Assembly: GCA_030704615.1 (NCBI GenBank) | Contig: CM060734.1 | Location: 15,562,001 to 15,626,000 of the forward strand | DNA: 64,000 bases | Source of the DNA: Takakia lepidozioides | Taxonomy: Eukaryota; Plantae; Bryophyta | Direction: 5' to 3' | Part shown: piece after piece, positions 47,820 to 61,058 of the stretch | How positions within the stretch are numbered: position 1 is the first letter of the stretch | Layout of the letters: each line of letters opens with the position of its first letter | Program-made: the position numbers and the translations under genes | The notes under the pieces: model-generated | Database searches by the model: none | Told to the model about the DNA's origin: nothing | What the model saw: the letters and a program-made list of their open reading frames with translations, nothing else

Positions 47820-49467
47820 CAACTACGCCAAGGAGCATGGTTGGCAATCCCTTATGAAGAACATGGCCAACACGGAGGGGATGAGTGCACTACAGGGCAC
47901 TAGTATGGATGACGTCGAGGGTCATGCCCAGGGATTGGATGAGAGCTTTGTGGGACTTAGGGGAACGCCGCCTCATTTACGTGCTCTGGCAAAGGGCGCG
48001 GAGTCATCAGGCTCATCGAATAGCTATGAGTCCTCCACTGAGGATTAGGGTGAGGATGACTAGTCCTAGTCCATGTACGTCCCAGGGTCAGTCTACTGAA
48101 CCCTTGTGAGCTTTTCAGCTCATTTCTTGTAAATATATTTCCATCTTTCCATCTTCCATCTTATTCATGTGTCGCACCATCCTAGCAGACCAGAGAGGCG
48201 ATCGGCAAGGGGAAGCAAAGACCCCCAAAGGTTGAGAGGGAGCCGAAGCATGCCACAAAAATCAAGGTGACAATGCGGGGGAGGGAGGAGAACCGTGTAG
48301 CTGAGGGGGCAAGTAAAGCAATCACCAAAACAGGGAAGAAACGGAAGGCAAAATCTGGTCGGCCAGAACTCACTAAGTGGGCCAGGGCTTCCAACGACCA
48401 AGGGGGGACCAAATTCATGGTGAGTACATTCGGCAGGGCTTATACGCATGATAGGGGGATGATATGGTTGCTTGAAAACACCCTTAACAGTTAATTGCCT
48501 ACCTGTCTGACTTCATGAACTTGTGTTAAATGCAGAAACCAGAATAGACTGAGGGAAAAGCTCCCAGAGGACAAGGGCTCCCTTATTTTCTTCAAAGGCA
48601 CTCCACAGGAGTCCATTCTGGGTTCATGGGATTACCTACGATTGTCAAAATTGTATGGGGAAGCAGGGGATGGAGGGGTGTTTTTGTATGCCAATATTTT
48701 GCAGCTATCCCTGGAGGAGATTAATTGTTGCTAGTGGACTGTGATGGACACACTGATATGGACGTCTTTGGAGGGTGCGTCCAAGGACGACCTTCGTGAC
48801 GTTTCCAAAGGTCTTGTAAATGATTGGGTGGCTAAGAAGTGCCTAGGGAAGGATCTAGATAAGGTTCAGACATGGTTCATCCCCTTATGCACTGGGTACG
48901 TCCCTCAATCCTCCTATTTTGCAGCTTTGACCGACTTTGAATATTTGATTTGGACAATGCAAAGCATTAGTGGTGTCTGGCCTCAAACACATGTGCATTC
49001 TGCAAGGGCCATTGGAGTTTGATGGTTTTTGATAAGTCCAAGTTTGTTTATCTGAATTCCATGACATCATTCAGATCCCATAGCCGACTTGCCTTTGAAA
49101 CGCGTCTTCGCACTTTTAGAGCTTACCTACACAAAGCCGAACCGGACTCAGTACTTTGGAAGGAAATAATGGCATGGGAGTGGCTTGAACCTGAGGTGCC
49201 ACAACAACCAAGCGGCTGGGAGTGTGGCTACTTTGTAATGACTTTCATACAGAATTACTTGGAGACCAAAATCACAACAAAATGGGGGCAACTTTTACAG
49301 CAGATTGGTTCACATGTGAGTACGCAGTATCAAAGCAGGATTTTCTTTGTGGATGGATAGTGGATAATTGGGATGATGCTGACTTGCAGCGTAGACTGTC
49401 GCATGTGCATGCCTCGGATGCTGAGGATGTAGCTATTGTATCTCCATTCCCCACGAAAAAAAAATGA
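47820..49467 (+). pseudogene. Ulp1/C48-like cysteine protease gene (multi-exon), disrupted by element B; upstream part of the interrupted exon is 22110-22156
   Basis: WFIPLCTG|HWSLMVFD..VYLNS..VPQQPSGWECGYFVM (H, D->N, Q, C); stops upstream. Confidence 0.75.
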
Positions 49468-49524
49468 AGCTTGTCCAGTTCTTTGTAATCCCTTTGTGCC
49501 TTCTTTGGCGTCCACTGTTATGTG

Positions 49525-49985
49525 AAGGGGATCAAGGGGTGAGGGGATCCTTGAGGTGGATCAAAGAACCAAGGATATGGCGGATGAGGGGGTCATGGAA
49601 TGAGGGGGTAGGGGGATCATGTAACCGGGGGGGTTGGTGCCACAGGGGATCACTTAGCCAGGGGATCGGGGGATGAGGGAGATAAGGGAACCTGGAAAGC
49701 GTTCAGAGGGGGTCAGGGGGATCGCGGGATTGCGAGATTAGGGGGATTAGGTTCAGGGGGGGTCGGGGGATGACGGGATGAAGAAGACAAGGGATTGTAC
49801 AAGGCATTAGTGGGGATCAGGGAAGCAGGGGAACGGGTGGGGAGATCAGGGGATCAGGGAACCAGGGGAACGGGCGGGGAGATCAAGGGATCAGGGAAGC
49901 AGGGGAACAGGCCGGGAGATGAGGGGATGAGGGAATGTCGGGAGCTGGACGGGGGATCAGGGGACCAGGGAACCGCAGGAACAAT
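49525..49985 (+). repeat. G-rich degenerate repeat (GGGGATCA/GGGGAAC units)
   Basis: Dense G3-G7 runs on one strand. Confidence 0.7.
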
Positions 49986-50970
49986 ACATCCCACAGCCCA
50001 TGACCAGACTAGGTACCTCCTTGGTCTTGGTGTGTATGAATCCATGAACGATCTGGAAGGCAATTAATTCCTTCAGCATGGTTCCTACCTCGTACCAGTA
50101 CCGTGCAAAATGGTGATCTTCAATGGGTCTGTCAGTTGGAAGAACCTTAGTCCGAGTTGCCATTGGCAACCAAATGCGCATGATCTGGTAATAGTGTGCC
50201 AAAGACTCCGGAGGACTGAATTCTTTCCAAGCCACATCCATAACAATGGGAATTTGGTTGAAGGGCAGAATCATAGCTCGATTGTATTCAAGTGCAACAG
50301 GTGGGTTAAAAGAAGCATCACCCCAAACCTCAGGCACTGATTGCTGCTGTGCCATGGTATCAACACTGACTACCTGGAGTGGCTGATGTGATGTTGTTGC
50401 CACAGTCCCTCCTGATGGTGGCAAGGCCTGCACTTCCTGTGCTCAAGATTGAAAAATCAAAGTCTTTGCCTGCAAGTAAGTAGCCATGAGCTGTTCCTCA
50501 GGAACAAAGGCCCTCTTCTCAATGTTAAAGCTCAACTCATCCACTTGAGTCTGACGCCCTTCCACATCCTCTTGCAACTCGGCTATCCGACTATAGACAT
50601 TGTCTATAGTGGTTGTGGCAATGTTCTGCACCCGTAGCCTGAGATCATTCATCTCCTCTTGAGTCAGCTTCCTTGGTGCTTTTCCGTCCATTGGCCCTTG
50701 TGTTAACCACTCTTGCAAAAGATGATTATCCACCAAGTCCTGTGTAACAGCACGGAGATCCTGCTCCTCCTTGAGCCTGTATGTTTCCAATTGCTGTTGT
50801 AAACCCTCTATTTGCTTTGCATGAGGCTCCACCAAAGCTGCATAGGCAGCTGATAGATTATTGGATTCTTTCCAGGCCCTTTCACTCACAGAAAGTGCAT
50901 TCTCCCGTACTGTGATCGTTTGCTGCAACTGTAAAAGTTGCATGTTCTTCTGGGCATTGACCTGGTTCAA
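49957..50970 (-). CDS. Unknown coiled-coil-like protein remnant (ORFs 50443-50970 and 49957-50433)
   Basis: Two adjacent same-strand ORFs, the upstream one Q/E/L-rich; no family recognised. Confidence 0.35.
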
Positions 50971-51203
50971 CTGCTAAATTATTTTTCATTGCGACAGAGA
51001 GTATCCTTCCATGTCAGCAATGAGTTTCCCCTGCTCCATTGCCGGGTCATCGCTCCACTCTCTGAGGGATCCTCGCATTCGACTCAGACTGAGAAGATTG
51101 TGGAGGAGCAGGATCTGCAAGAGCTGGATGCTCTGGATGTGGATTCGGATTTTTCATGTGAGTAAGTGCATGTTCTTTTGTGGCAACTCATAGACCCCAG
51201 GAC

Positions 51204-53492
51204 TGTCGTGGCCCTTTGCCTTGAAGGCAGGGGGTCGGGACACAAGAGGGGCTGCCCCTGTGGTGGGGGCAGGGGGAACAATAGGTACGTGGGCTGAAGC
51301 ACCCTTGAGTGCCCAAGGCACTCAAGGAGGTGGAGGCGCTCACTAGGTGGAGCCCCGCACACCGGGTTGGTGGGGGGTGGTTCCACGAGGGGTGGTGGTA
51401 GCTTAGTGGGTCTTAGTGGGGGTGGCATAGGACTCACCATAGGGCGGAGACCTTGTGGTGGGAGTCGTGGGGGGTCTTGGGACTCATCACGGTCAAATGA
51501 GGCCGTGGTGGGTGGGCCAAGACTCACCGCGGATCATCACCGGGAATCGAGGGTCTTCGTGGTGGTTCGCCATAAAAGGATGGTGTTGTTTGTGGAACCC
51601 CCGCGGACAGTCGCAGAAGTATATATAGGGAGCAGTAACCCCGAGAACGGTGCAAGCCCGTTGGTGACCAAAAACTAGTGAGTGAGCGAGCGAGCCGGAA
51701 AGCGACCAAGGAGTGGGGAGCTATTCCGGACTGCCATCTACCAAAGGGAATTTCCACTAGGCCCAAATTGGTGGAGGGTTTGTTGGAGGAGCAAAGGGGG
51801 ACCGTTATGTCCCGGTGAGCAGCCGAAGCTACGAGTTGGCCCGGCGGCCAGTTGGGCAGTTAGGCGCGCGCATCAAAGCGAGTAACTATGACTTGAAGGG
51901 GAGCTTACCGAAGTGAGGTGTGTGACACTTGGTATCAGAGCTTAGAGTTCAGTACGCAATTGTCCTTGAGATCGGCCTCATCATGGGGTCGGGCAAGCCA
52001 AAGCGAAAGCGGAACGGCCCGAAAGATGATGATCCTGGTGAGCCCGATGGGGCGACGTGTCACCGAAGCGGCAATTTGAGGAGGCGATTCATGCTTTTGA
52101 AAGCGAGGCCACTCAAGAACGGGAGGAATCTGGGGAGTCGGAGCCCGAGGACTCCCCGGAGGCTCCGGCAGACCAACAAATGCCTCCCATGCCAGCAGCC
52201 TTTTGGGAAGGGTTGTTGGCGCAGTTTGGCGGGACGTTAAAAGACGTGTTGAAGGCGGCTAATACCACTTCCACTAAGGAAAAGTTTAAGGTGAAGCCTA
52301 AAGAACCCGGCACCTTCGAGGGCGTCCAAAATCGGAAGGCACTCAACACCTAGCTCTTGGAACTGTATTAAAAATGGATGAAGTCATGGAGGCTTACTCC
52401 TTATTATTGGGACGTCCGTGGCTGAAACAGGCCAGGGTATTCCATGACTGGAATTCTCAGTTACTAACTGTGCATAATGGGATGCACGAGATACAAATTA
52501 CCACAAAGAAATCTAGTAGATTACTTGCTACAAGAAGACCTCGAGGAGTCAGAGAGTATGACTGGAGAGGAGGACTGGATGAGGAGCAGGAAGCTACCCT
52601 ATTTGCTGCACACCCAGAATGGGAGCAGGTTGCGGAGATGCGGCTGGAAAGCCTAAGTTGTTTAAGAGGTATCTGCTGTGGTGGCAGAAACGCCTTCACC
52701 ACCAAGGTCCAAACCCGGAAACCTTGAACTAGAGTGGGTTCAAGGAACTTATGAAAAGACAGTTTGTTCCCCTCAACGCGTCCTGGCTCGCCCAGGACAA
52801 GATGAGGAATTTGAAGCAAACGGATGACATTTGGGGATATGTTCAGGCTTTCAATGTGTTGTTGCTCAAAGTCGCGGCTATGGCGGAACCAGAAATGGTC
52901 TTCAACTTTGTGGCGGGACTGGCCCCATGGGCCAGACGGAAGTTGGAGGAGAAGCCACCTAAGACTTTAAACGAGGCAATTGAGAGGGCTGAATGTTTCT
53001 CGGATGTCCCTAGGGGCGAAAGACAAGGCCGTACAGAGCTGAACCACAAGAAGACTCGGCGGGAGGGTGACTCCTTCCGACCGGAAAAGAAGTGGGATAA
53101 GCCACTCGACGACAATGGCACATGGAAATCGAAGGGAGGGCCTTCACTCGCCAATGCGACACCCGGTGCTTTGAAAGGAAAATCAGGTGCGACGGCTTAT
53201 GGCGGACAAAAGGTGACCTTTGATGGAGTGTGCTTTAATTGCGGGGAGCTCGGGCACATGGCTAAGAAGTGTGCAAATCCCCGACAATTGAACATGACTC
53301 AGGCGACCACAGAGCTGTCGGAAGATTCCATCAGCCGCTTGGTGGAAGCGGTGGTCGCCAAGACTTGCAAGGTAGGCAACCACTTTTGTGAGTTGTATCA
53401 GGAAATTGGCGCCTTGCGTAAAGGGAGTCAGTTATTGTTCGTAAGTGGGATAATTTCCGGAACTAACGTGTCGTTGTTGGTGGACATAGGAG
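51204..53492 (+). mobile_element. Ty3/gypsy element 5' part: LTR (~51204-51927), tRNA-iMet PBS, gag, start of protease; interrupted by element A copy 2
   Basis: ..GTGACA followed by TGGTATCAGAGC at 51930; KPKEPGTFEG, CFNCGELGHMAKKC, VSLLVDIG. LTR start is tentative. Confidence 0.85.
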
Positions 53493-53939
53493 GGGGGCTG
53501 CTATTTCATGAGCCATGAGCCATGAGCAGAGTCGTAAGTGTGGAAAAAAACATGAGCAGCACTATTTTCCGGAAATGAGTGTCCGCGGGAATAGGGTTTA
53601 GGGTGCCACGGTCATAGGGGGAGAAGGACCTCCCGATGAAGGAGGTTCGGCAATGTTATTTAGAATTATATATTGAAAGGCAATGTTTCGCGAATGGTAG
53701 GGTGGTATTGCTCTGTACAATGGGGGCCCATTTCAGCCTACCAGCCATTTGCAAAATTCACCCACACTCCCAATCCCAAACGAAATGAGCAATGACGCAT
53801 TCTCGGAACAATGGACACAGAATAGAATAAAAAGAGGGCACAATGAGGTTTTTATTGATCCACATGAATTGCATTTGAAGCACGTCTACTGTGCTGATTG
53901 TGCCCTAAAATCTTGAGCCCTGTGCCTACTGAATACAAG

Positions 53940-54614
53940 TCACGTTGTCAATGGGACTTCGACTGCTCTCAGAACTAGCTCATGAGTCCTGGGGCTCCTC
54001 CATGTAAAGTCGATTGCAGCCGTTGTACCGCCCCTAGTGATGTTCACCACAATGTCCTGCCCTTCAATCATACCACCATCGAATATGGAAATCTTCACGT
54101 TTTCGTCGTCCACACCAATGCGAATGTCCCCATACAATGGAGAAGAGGAGCGCACTCCTCGAGGAGAATAGGTCTCTCCGATGGAGTCCACCCACGTCCA
54201 GTGGCAGCAGTTCCACCGCAACAGCATAGCAGTGCGCCTTCTTCTGCATGGGTGACCGTCGTAGCTGGGAAAATCGGAATCGAGGATGCGCAGGAGCCAC
54301 GGACTCCTCAAACCAAGATCGTCACCCCGCTCGAAGGCGTAGTGGCCTACGATATACTCAAAAGCCACCAATGTTTCCACAATCGAACCAGTATCTTCTG
54401 TGTAATCTGTGTACCAGATAACAATGTCTCCCGATGTGGCCGAATACATTGCATAATCGATGCCTCCAAAGGGGCAGTCGTCCCGGTTCCGGAAGCACGG
54501 CATCCTTGCAATGGAGGACCTGAGGACGACTTGGATGCCGATGACCTTGCGGACAGCTACGAAGCCCTTAGATTTTGGAAAAGATACGAAGCGGAAGAGC
54601 AGTCCGGCCTCCAA
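53940..54614 (-). CDS. Unknown cargo ORF next to the family A left TIR
   Basis: 224-aa open frame on the same strand as the other cargo genes; partly present at 1-310. The overlapping + frame (53982-54716) is also open, so the strand is uncertain. Confidence 0.4.
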   Translation of the reverse strand: MEAGLLFRFVSFPKSKGFVAVRKVIGIQVVLRSSIARMPCFRNRDDCPFGGIDYAMYSATSGDIVIWYTDYTEDTGSIVETLVAFEYIVGHYAFERGDDLGLRSPWLLRILDSDFPSYDGHPCRRRRTAMLLRWNCCHWTWVDSIGETYSPRGVRSSSPLYGDIRIGVDDENVKISIFDGGMIEGQDIVVNITRGGTTAAIDFTWRSPRTHELVLRAVEVPLTT

Positions 54615-56666
54615 AATGGAGCATCTGGGTCACACGTACCCACCGACGGAGGTGGAACGTGTTCATCACGCCAGCGGTGGATGAAGCCATACATCTTTCT
54701 CATCAACAAGTTATAGTTTGAGATCTGCCACCGAAGTCCATCCCCCCGGATGGAAATTCGGCGCCGCATTTACATCGAAGAGGGGATGGACTTCGTCGTG
54801 TCCAGTGGCTATCGGCCCACCTGGCAGTGACTGCCCATAGTTTGCATGGCAGGGTAGGAAACTGAAACGGCTACATTCATGCGGCAGCCAATCTTCATCG
54901 GTCCAGGATCCTGTACGGGGGAAATTTAAATGTGCCCTGGAGTGTGCCCTGGAATGTACCTCACTTCTGTATGACTGTGTTTCATTGTGTTGAATAACTC
55001 TCGGATTTGGCCCACTGTTTACAATTTGATGTCTCATTTCTACAATTTGTCTGTCTGGTTGAATAAAGCAGAGTAACCGGTATGTGAGTCATGTGTCAAG
55101 AATATACCAGAGTAACGCCATGTCGGACATTGAAATGCGGCACCGCATTTCCATGTCGGCATCGAAATGCGGCGCCGCATTTCCATGTCGGGATCGAAAT
55201 GCGGCACCGCATTTCCATGTCGGACATCGAAATTCGGCACCGCATTTCCATGTCGGACATCGAAATGCGGCACCGCATTTCTATGTGGGACAAGAAAATG
55301 CGGTGCATCATTTCCGTCCAGGTACACGAAATACCAACACGGTCTATAAATTGATCAGAAAACGAGGTTGGCATTGCAAATGCGGCGACGCATTTCCAGC
55401 TTGGCAATGGAAACTTCTTTTGGACAAGGAATGCGGTGCCGCATTTCCGTCCAACACTTCGAAAAGTGCACCTATTTCCGACCAGCGCGATGGAATGCGT
55501 TACCGCATTTCCGAGAGAGGGTCTGCAAATTGACAAATTGCGATGTCCGTTCTGGAAATGCGGCGCCGCATTTCCATGTCCGTCATCGACTTTTTTTTTA
55601 CAATGGAATGCGGTGCCAGTTTTTGTTGATGGGTCTGCAGTTCGAACAACCACCATCCCCAATATGGAAATGCGGCACCGCATTTCCAATCCCGCCATGT
55701 CGGCGTCCTTGTTCGACCTCCTTGTTCGACCTCTGTAAGCGTGGTGGCATCCATGCAATGAGCGGGAGAGGCCAAAACTGGCGTGTGGACAAAGGAAATT
55801 TTGGAAATGCGGCACCGCATTCCCAATTCAGATTACTTTTTACTATGCCAACATTGAAATGGAAAAATTAGTCCCTCCCCTGTTTTGGAAATGCGGTGCC
55901 GCATTTCCAAAAGAGGTTCTTAGAGTTGCCAAAATTTTGGAAATGCCCTGACCCATTTCTGATTTTGGGAGCGTCCTGGTTTGGGCGATTGTTTGGCTGG
56001 AATGCACACTGGAGAGGGGTCACGAATGTCGGGCAGAATTTTCTTTATATACTCTGGAAGAGAATTTACATTTACAGAGACTTCATTAAAATTCTATTAA
56101 TCTTGAAAATCATCGGAATCCTCATCCTGTTCTAGACTGTCCTGCTCCTCCTCCACCCCCTCAGTGCCTCTCTCATCTCCAGCGGACTGCTCGTTGGCCA
56201 GGCTTTCAAAAATCCCATCTTCCCCTTGCGGAACTGTCCATCTCACCTCCGTTGGGTCGTCCTCCTCCCTGTCTGCGTCGCTCTCATCCGCTGAATCACA
56301 TATGTACTTTCGTACCCGTCTACCTGTCTGAGCTGCTGCCAACTCTTTCCTTATCCTTCTGTCCTCCCTAGCCCTCTCCAAAATCTGCTCTACTTTACTG
56401 GGATTCTCACTTCTTCTAATCGCTGTATTTGCGAGTTTAGCTGCATAACTAGGAAGGGAGTAGTCCCTCACCGGGCTCGTCATGAAGTCGGCCCTCGCAA
56501 AGAACGGGACATTCTTCCTGGCAGGAAGTGTAGGCCCTACATGCTTCGACCCGGACCCTGCAATCCTGCACATGACAATCATCAACGAGACTAATGAGAA
56601 CCACAGTCGGGAAATTCCTTTGACATAAATGACCCAGAAGGCTTTGCAAACTTACAATGTTTGCAC

Positions 56667-59600
56667 TCACTCGTATTCCGGGTTCTCCTCTGCATCAATG
56701 TCCACTGTGTCTTCCTCGGACTCCGACGAATCCGAGGAGACTTCCGCTCTGTCGGGAGCCTTCACATTCTGTTGCAGCCCCTCCAGATGGGATCCCCACA
56801 CGGATGAATCCTCCTCGTAGGCAAAGAGGTGCCGGTCGGAAAACCGCCCAGCCCACATTGAGGCCTGTTTACAATGCCATCCACACATTACCACATGGCG
56901 CTTCAGATGTTGCGAACTACATCCTAACGAGAATTTGCAGAACAGCAGAGATCAAGATTCTGCATACCTGTCCCACAGATGAGGTCCAGCACTGTGCCCT
57001 CCACGTCTGTGCATGTCTCCATAATTGTCTGAATGAAGGCAGGGCTCCGAGTCCGTGAGTACCGCAGGGGTTCCGTTGAAGTGAGGCTATGAGGGAGAAG
57101 TTCCTTGGGAACGTTGTTGAACAGAACGTCGTAATCGAGTGGGTCGCAGTTCGGGTCAACCTTTCCTCCCTCCTTCCGGAAAGCAAAGGTGGAGTTTTCC
57201 TTCACAAAGCAGTATGCATCGAACTGCTTCGTCTGCATACACAGGGGGAAACGATTAGAAACCGAATGCGGCACCGCATTTGAAAGCACCCAAGCAAATG
57301 AATGGACGAGTGCCAGTGTCGTAATCACCTTCTTCCCTTCCGACCGAAGGCCCAGTGTGTTGATGCACGTCCACTTCTTTTTCAGAATCGGGACGGCGCT
57401 CTTGCGGTCCACTTCGCAATTCCTGTCTGAGTGTTTTTTCCTCTGCTCGCCAGGACAACCACACAGCCTCTGTCGTCCAACACCATGCGGGCAAGCCCGA
57501 ATCCTTTCTTCCAAAAGTCCTCCGAGTACCTGTTCCAAGATGGCAAAGCTTGCAGTCCTTCCCAGGCTCTCCGTCCGGAATATCCAAGATGATCATATCG
57601 CAAGACCACTCGGTGGCATTTCCGCCCCTCCTACAATCCTTGTCTGCACACACCCTCTCAAAGAACGAGACCATATTCTGAAATCCTGGGGTGTCGGAAG
57701 GCTCTTCGGCAGTCGCCTTCTTCAGTGCTCTGCCCTTCAGACCCTCCATGGTCTTCATGTATGCCAACTTGGCTGCCCGTCCATCCAAAGCCGCCAAGAA
57801 ACTCTCATTTACACACTGGACTACAGTTTCGGGAGCCACTTTCGGCCTCTTCATTTCCACCGGCTCGAAAGGGTGCCCCCCTGGGGGGTTGAAGAGTGCC
57901 TTCTTTGCCGAGCCAGTTCTCGTGCCTCTGGTGACAACGGTGGGCACAGGGGAGGCAGCCTGCGTTGGGGGGGTGGGCTGGTTGCAAAGTCTCCATCGGA
58001 GTCCTCCTTCCTCACCCTCTTCCTGAACAGGCTGTTTCTGCTCTTCTTCGTTTTGGCGGGTGTCACAACAGCTGCTCCTTGCTGCGAGTCCTCTTCTTCG
58101 ACCCCTTCTGTTGGGCCTGCACAGCTGCATCCACCGTCTTTTGTGCCATCTCAGCTGCCATTTTCTGGATTCTTCCAGAGCAGCAGATTCCTTTGCCGAC
58201 TTTGGCCCAGCAGGGACACGTCTTTCCTTTCTCTTCTCTTCTGCAAGGCGTGCAGATCTTTCTCAGACTCGTCAACAATACCGCCAGACATGTCCAGGTA
58301 CCACGGGCATCCAACGAGATGCGCGGGATGCCATTGTTTCTGCATCTCGGGTGTGTAGACACAGCTTGGGCCCGCCACGGTCCAAGCCATGAAGAACGGG
58401 GGCTCTTGAGCCAGGGCCCCTGTCTGAAGGAGCACGTATTTCATATACCTGCAAGGCAGTCAGCATGCGTGAGGAAAACTTGAGACCAACCTACTGGCAG
58501 AGTGCCACCGAAAACATAAAAGCGAATGCGGTGCCGCATTTCCGAGACAAACCTCGTAACCAGGCTTCGCATACAAGGGCAGCTGTGCTTCACCTGTAAA
58601 CAATTCGCATTGGCAACTTTCCCCGCTCCCCTGATGTGGTAAACTCCACGCTCCTTCTTGCTGTCTGTAGCTCTCTGGCGAAAAGGTTGTCCTTGACGCG
58701 CACATTGCTGAAACGTGTCACGTAGTCTTCCATGTCTGTGTTCCATCCCATTTGACGTACAAGCCGAACGAATTTTGTGTGCATTACGACTTGCTCCTTG
58801 CATTCGACATTACCTGCCATTCCCAAATGCATTGTCACGTAGCAGTTCAGGGAATTCATGTCAAAAAGCAATCTGGGGAAGTACCTTGAATTACCTGGAA
58901 CCACCAAGTCATGACGGTTGAGCCACACATCCACTGCAGGGTCGGAAACTTCCAGTGGAAAAGACCACATTGTCCTTATGCTTCCTCGGATGCATTTCCA
59001 GATCGACAGCCACGTGTCTGCCATTTCCGATCCAATGTCAGTGGCTGGAAGAGAGTGGCTATTGCTAGGAAGGAATATCAGTGCCATTGAAACCTCACAT
59101 TCTCTTCGCCTCCACACATGCCGTTGAGATGGTGATGCAGTTTCTCCAATTGCATGGTCGCTGCATGGCCCGAGAATAGTGTTTTGCAATCTTGGGGATG
59201 AAGTCCTTTCCAAGTGCCGGATCTGCAATTGCCACCAGCTTCACAGCTTTGACTTTATTTGGTTTCTGACTTGACACCGGCTTCCTTCAAGTGCTTCAGT
59301 CATGACTGCAACGTTTTGACCTGCCCTCACTTTCCATGAAGAAGCGTTTGGCATGGGCCAAATCCAGCTTGATGTTTGACTGCCAACAAAAACATGCAGA
59401 AGCGTTACATTCGATTCAGTGGAAACATTACTGGAAATTGGGGAAGGATGAGCAGAGGGAAATTGGAGCACGACTTACTTCGTATATCACCTCCACCATT
59501 CCATCCATAGTGAGACGATACCATGTCCGGTCTGTTTTTGCAACGGCTTCTGAATGAGCTCCGGCTCCAGCATTTCCGCAAACATCTGCGGATCAGTAAG

Positions 59601-61058
59601 ACTAGTTTTCCTCACCTGTACAGCAGTATGTGCCCATGTGGGTATGCACGTACGCATTCTCAGTGACCCTGCAAGGCATCACTCTCCAGTTCTAGTTCAG
59701 TACACGGAAGCACGGAATAAAACCAGAAGTGAAACCGAAATGCGGCACCGCATTTCGAATGTGCTAGGGAGGGTATGAGTATCTTACGAGTTGAGGTCCG
59801 CCATGGCATTCTTGAGGAGGGAGGAGTCTGCCGCCTTCACCTTGAGGATTGACACACTCCACCATGGTAATGCCAGCCAATGTGCTTGGCATGGTTCTGC
59901 TTGATGTACTTCCACCAGGCGAGGAAGTCGGTGATTCCCGTCCCACACAAAGAACATTTTCCCGCCATATGGCCGAAGTCGGGATCACCCTTCAGCGTCG
60001 CCTCGAATTCGTGGTTGCGAGTGTGCCAGTGGGTACCCACGTTGACAATTCATCGCAGGGGTCCACGGGTTAGCCGTCCTAATCTCTATGGAAACGTAAA
60101 ACGCTGCCGATCCCAAGAACGGTACCCTTCTCTCGAAATGCGAACTTGGAGCTTATCCACATCTCCGGGAAGGGCCTGCCTGACGATGGGAAGGGGACCA
60201 TGCGACAGGAGTGGGATTCGAAGAGTCCGCTGGAATACCCTGCTGCCCAGAACTCTGCCAATGCTACTGTGTGTCTCCTCCAACATTTATCCGCTGCAAC
60301 TTTTGAAATCTCCGGAGACAGTCTGTAGGTGCAGTTTAGTGGCTGAGCAGGTGGAACATCCTCAACTGGAGCTGCACTCTGGGGCCTGTGTGCGGCAATT
60401 CTGCCACTGCAGAGGCCTCCTCCGGGCCTGCTAGCTCATCGGTGGTGAGGTCTGCCTGCGAACGTTCAAGTTCGGCAGCACCCCTCCTCGACGGTACAAA
60501 AATCGAGATCAAAACGGTCGATCCCATTGCCTTCGCTGCAGCAGAGTCGGCCCAAACATCTGCAGGCGGGAAATCCTCAGGAACTGAGCTTCAGCTCGTG
60601 GAGAGCGGTTTGCGGGAGATTGTTCGGTACCGTCGCCCTGATTGCTTCTGCTTCCTCATCCTTGCAGGTGAAGGTGTCTGCCTGGCAATAGAATCTTGTT
60701 TCTACCTGCTGCGTTCATTCGCGTTGGGGGGGTGAATCGGCCTGAGCCGGTTCAGAAGCCAGTTAGAGGGACGGGCTGCTTCTTCTTCGACTTTGCTGGA
60801 GAAGGGCCCGACCCCTGCTGGCGATTCTCCATGATCGAAGAACGCGAGTCGATCTCTGAGAACTTTGAACTTGCCCTCGAAGACGCTCTTTGAATCGCAG
60901 AGGGCTAGGCAAGGAGCAGGAGTACCCGCGCTCGGGGATCGGGTGGGTGTACGTGCTGCAGCTAGCATCCTGCGACTCGTCTGCGGCTTATTCGGATTCC
61001 TCGCGATCCCTCCAGCACGTCCACCTTTCCTGGTTAGGCATGCAAACATGTTCTGCAT
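56667..61058 (-). pseudogene. Second copy of the family A ParB-MTase gene; many indels (probably sequencing error)
   Basis: Same motifs (DMIILDIPDG, VLDLICGTG); indel density rises toward the gap. Confidence 0.75.
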
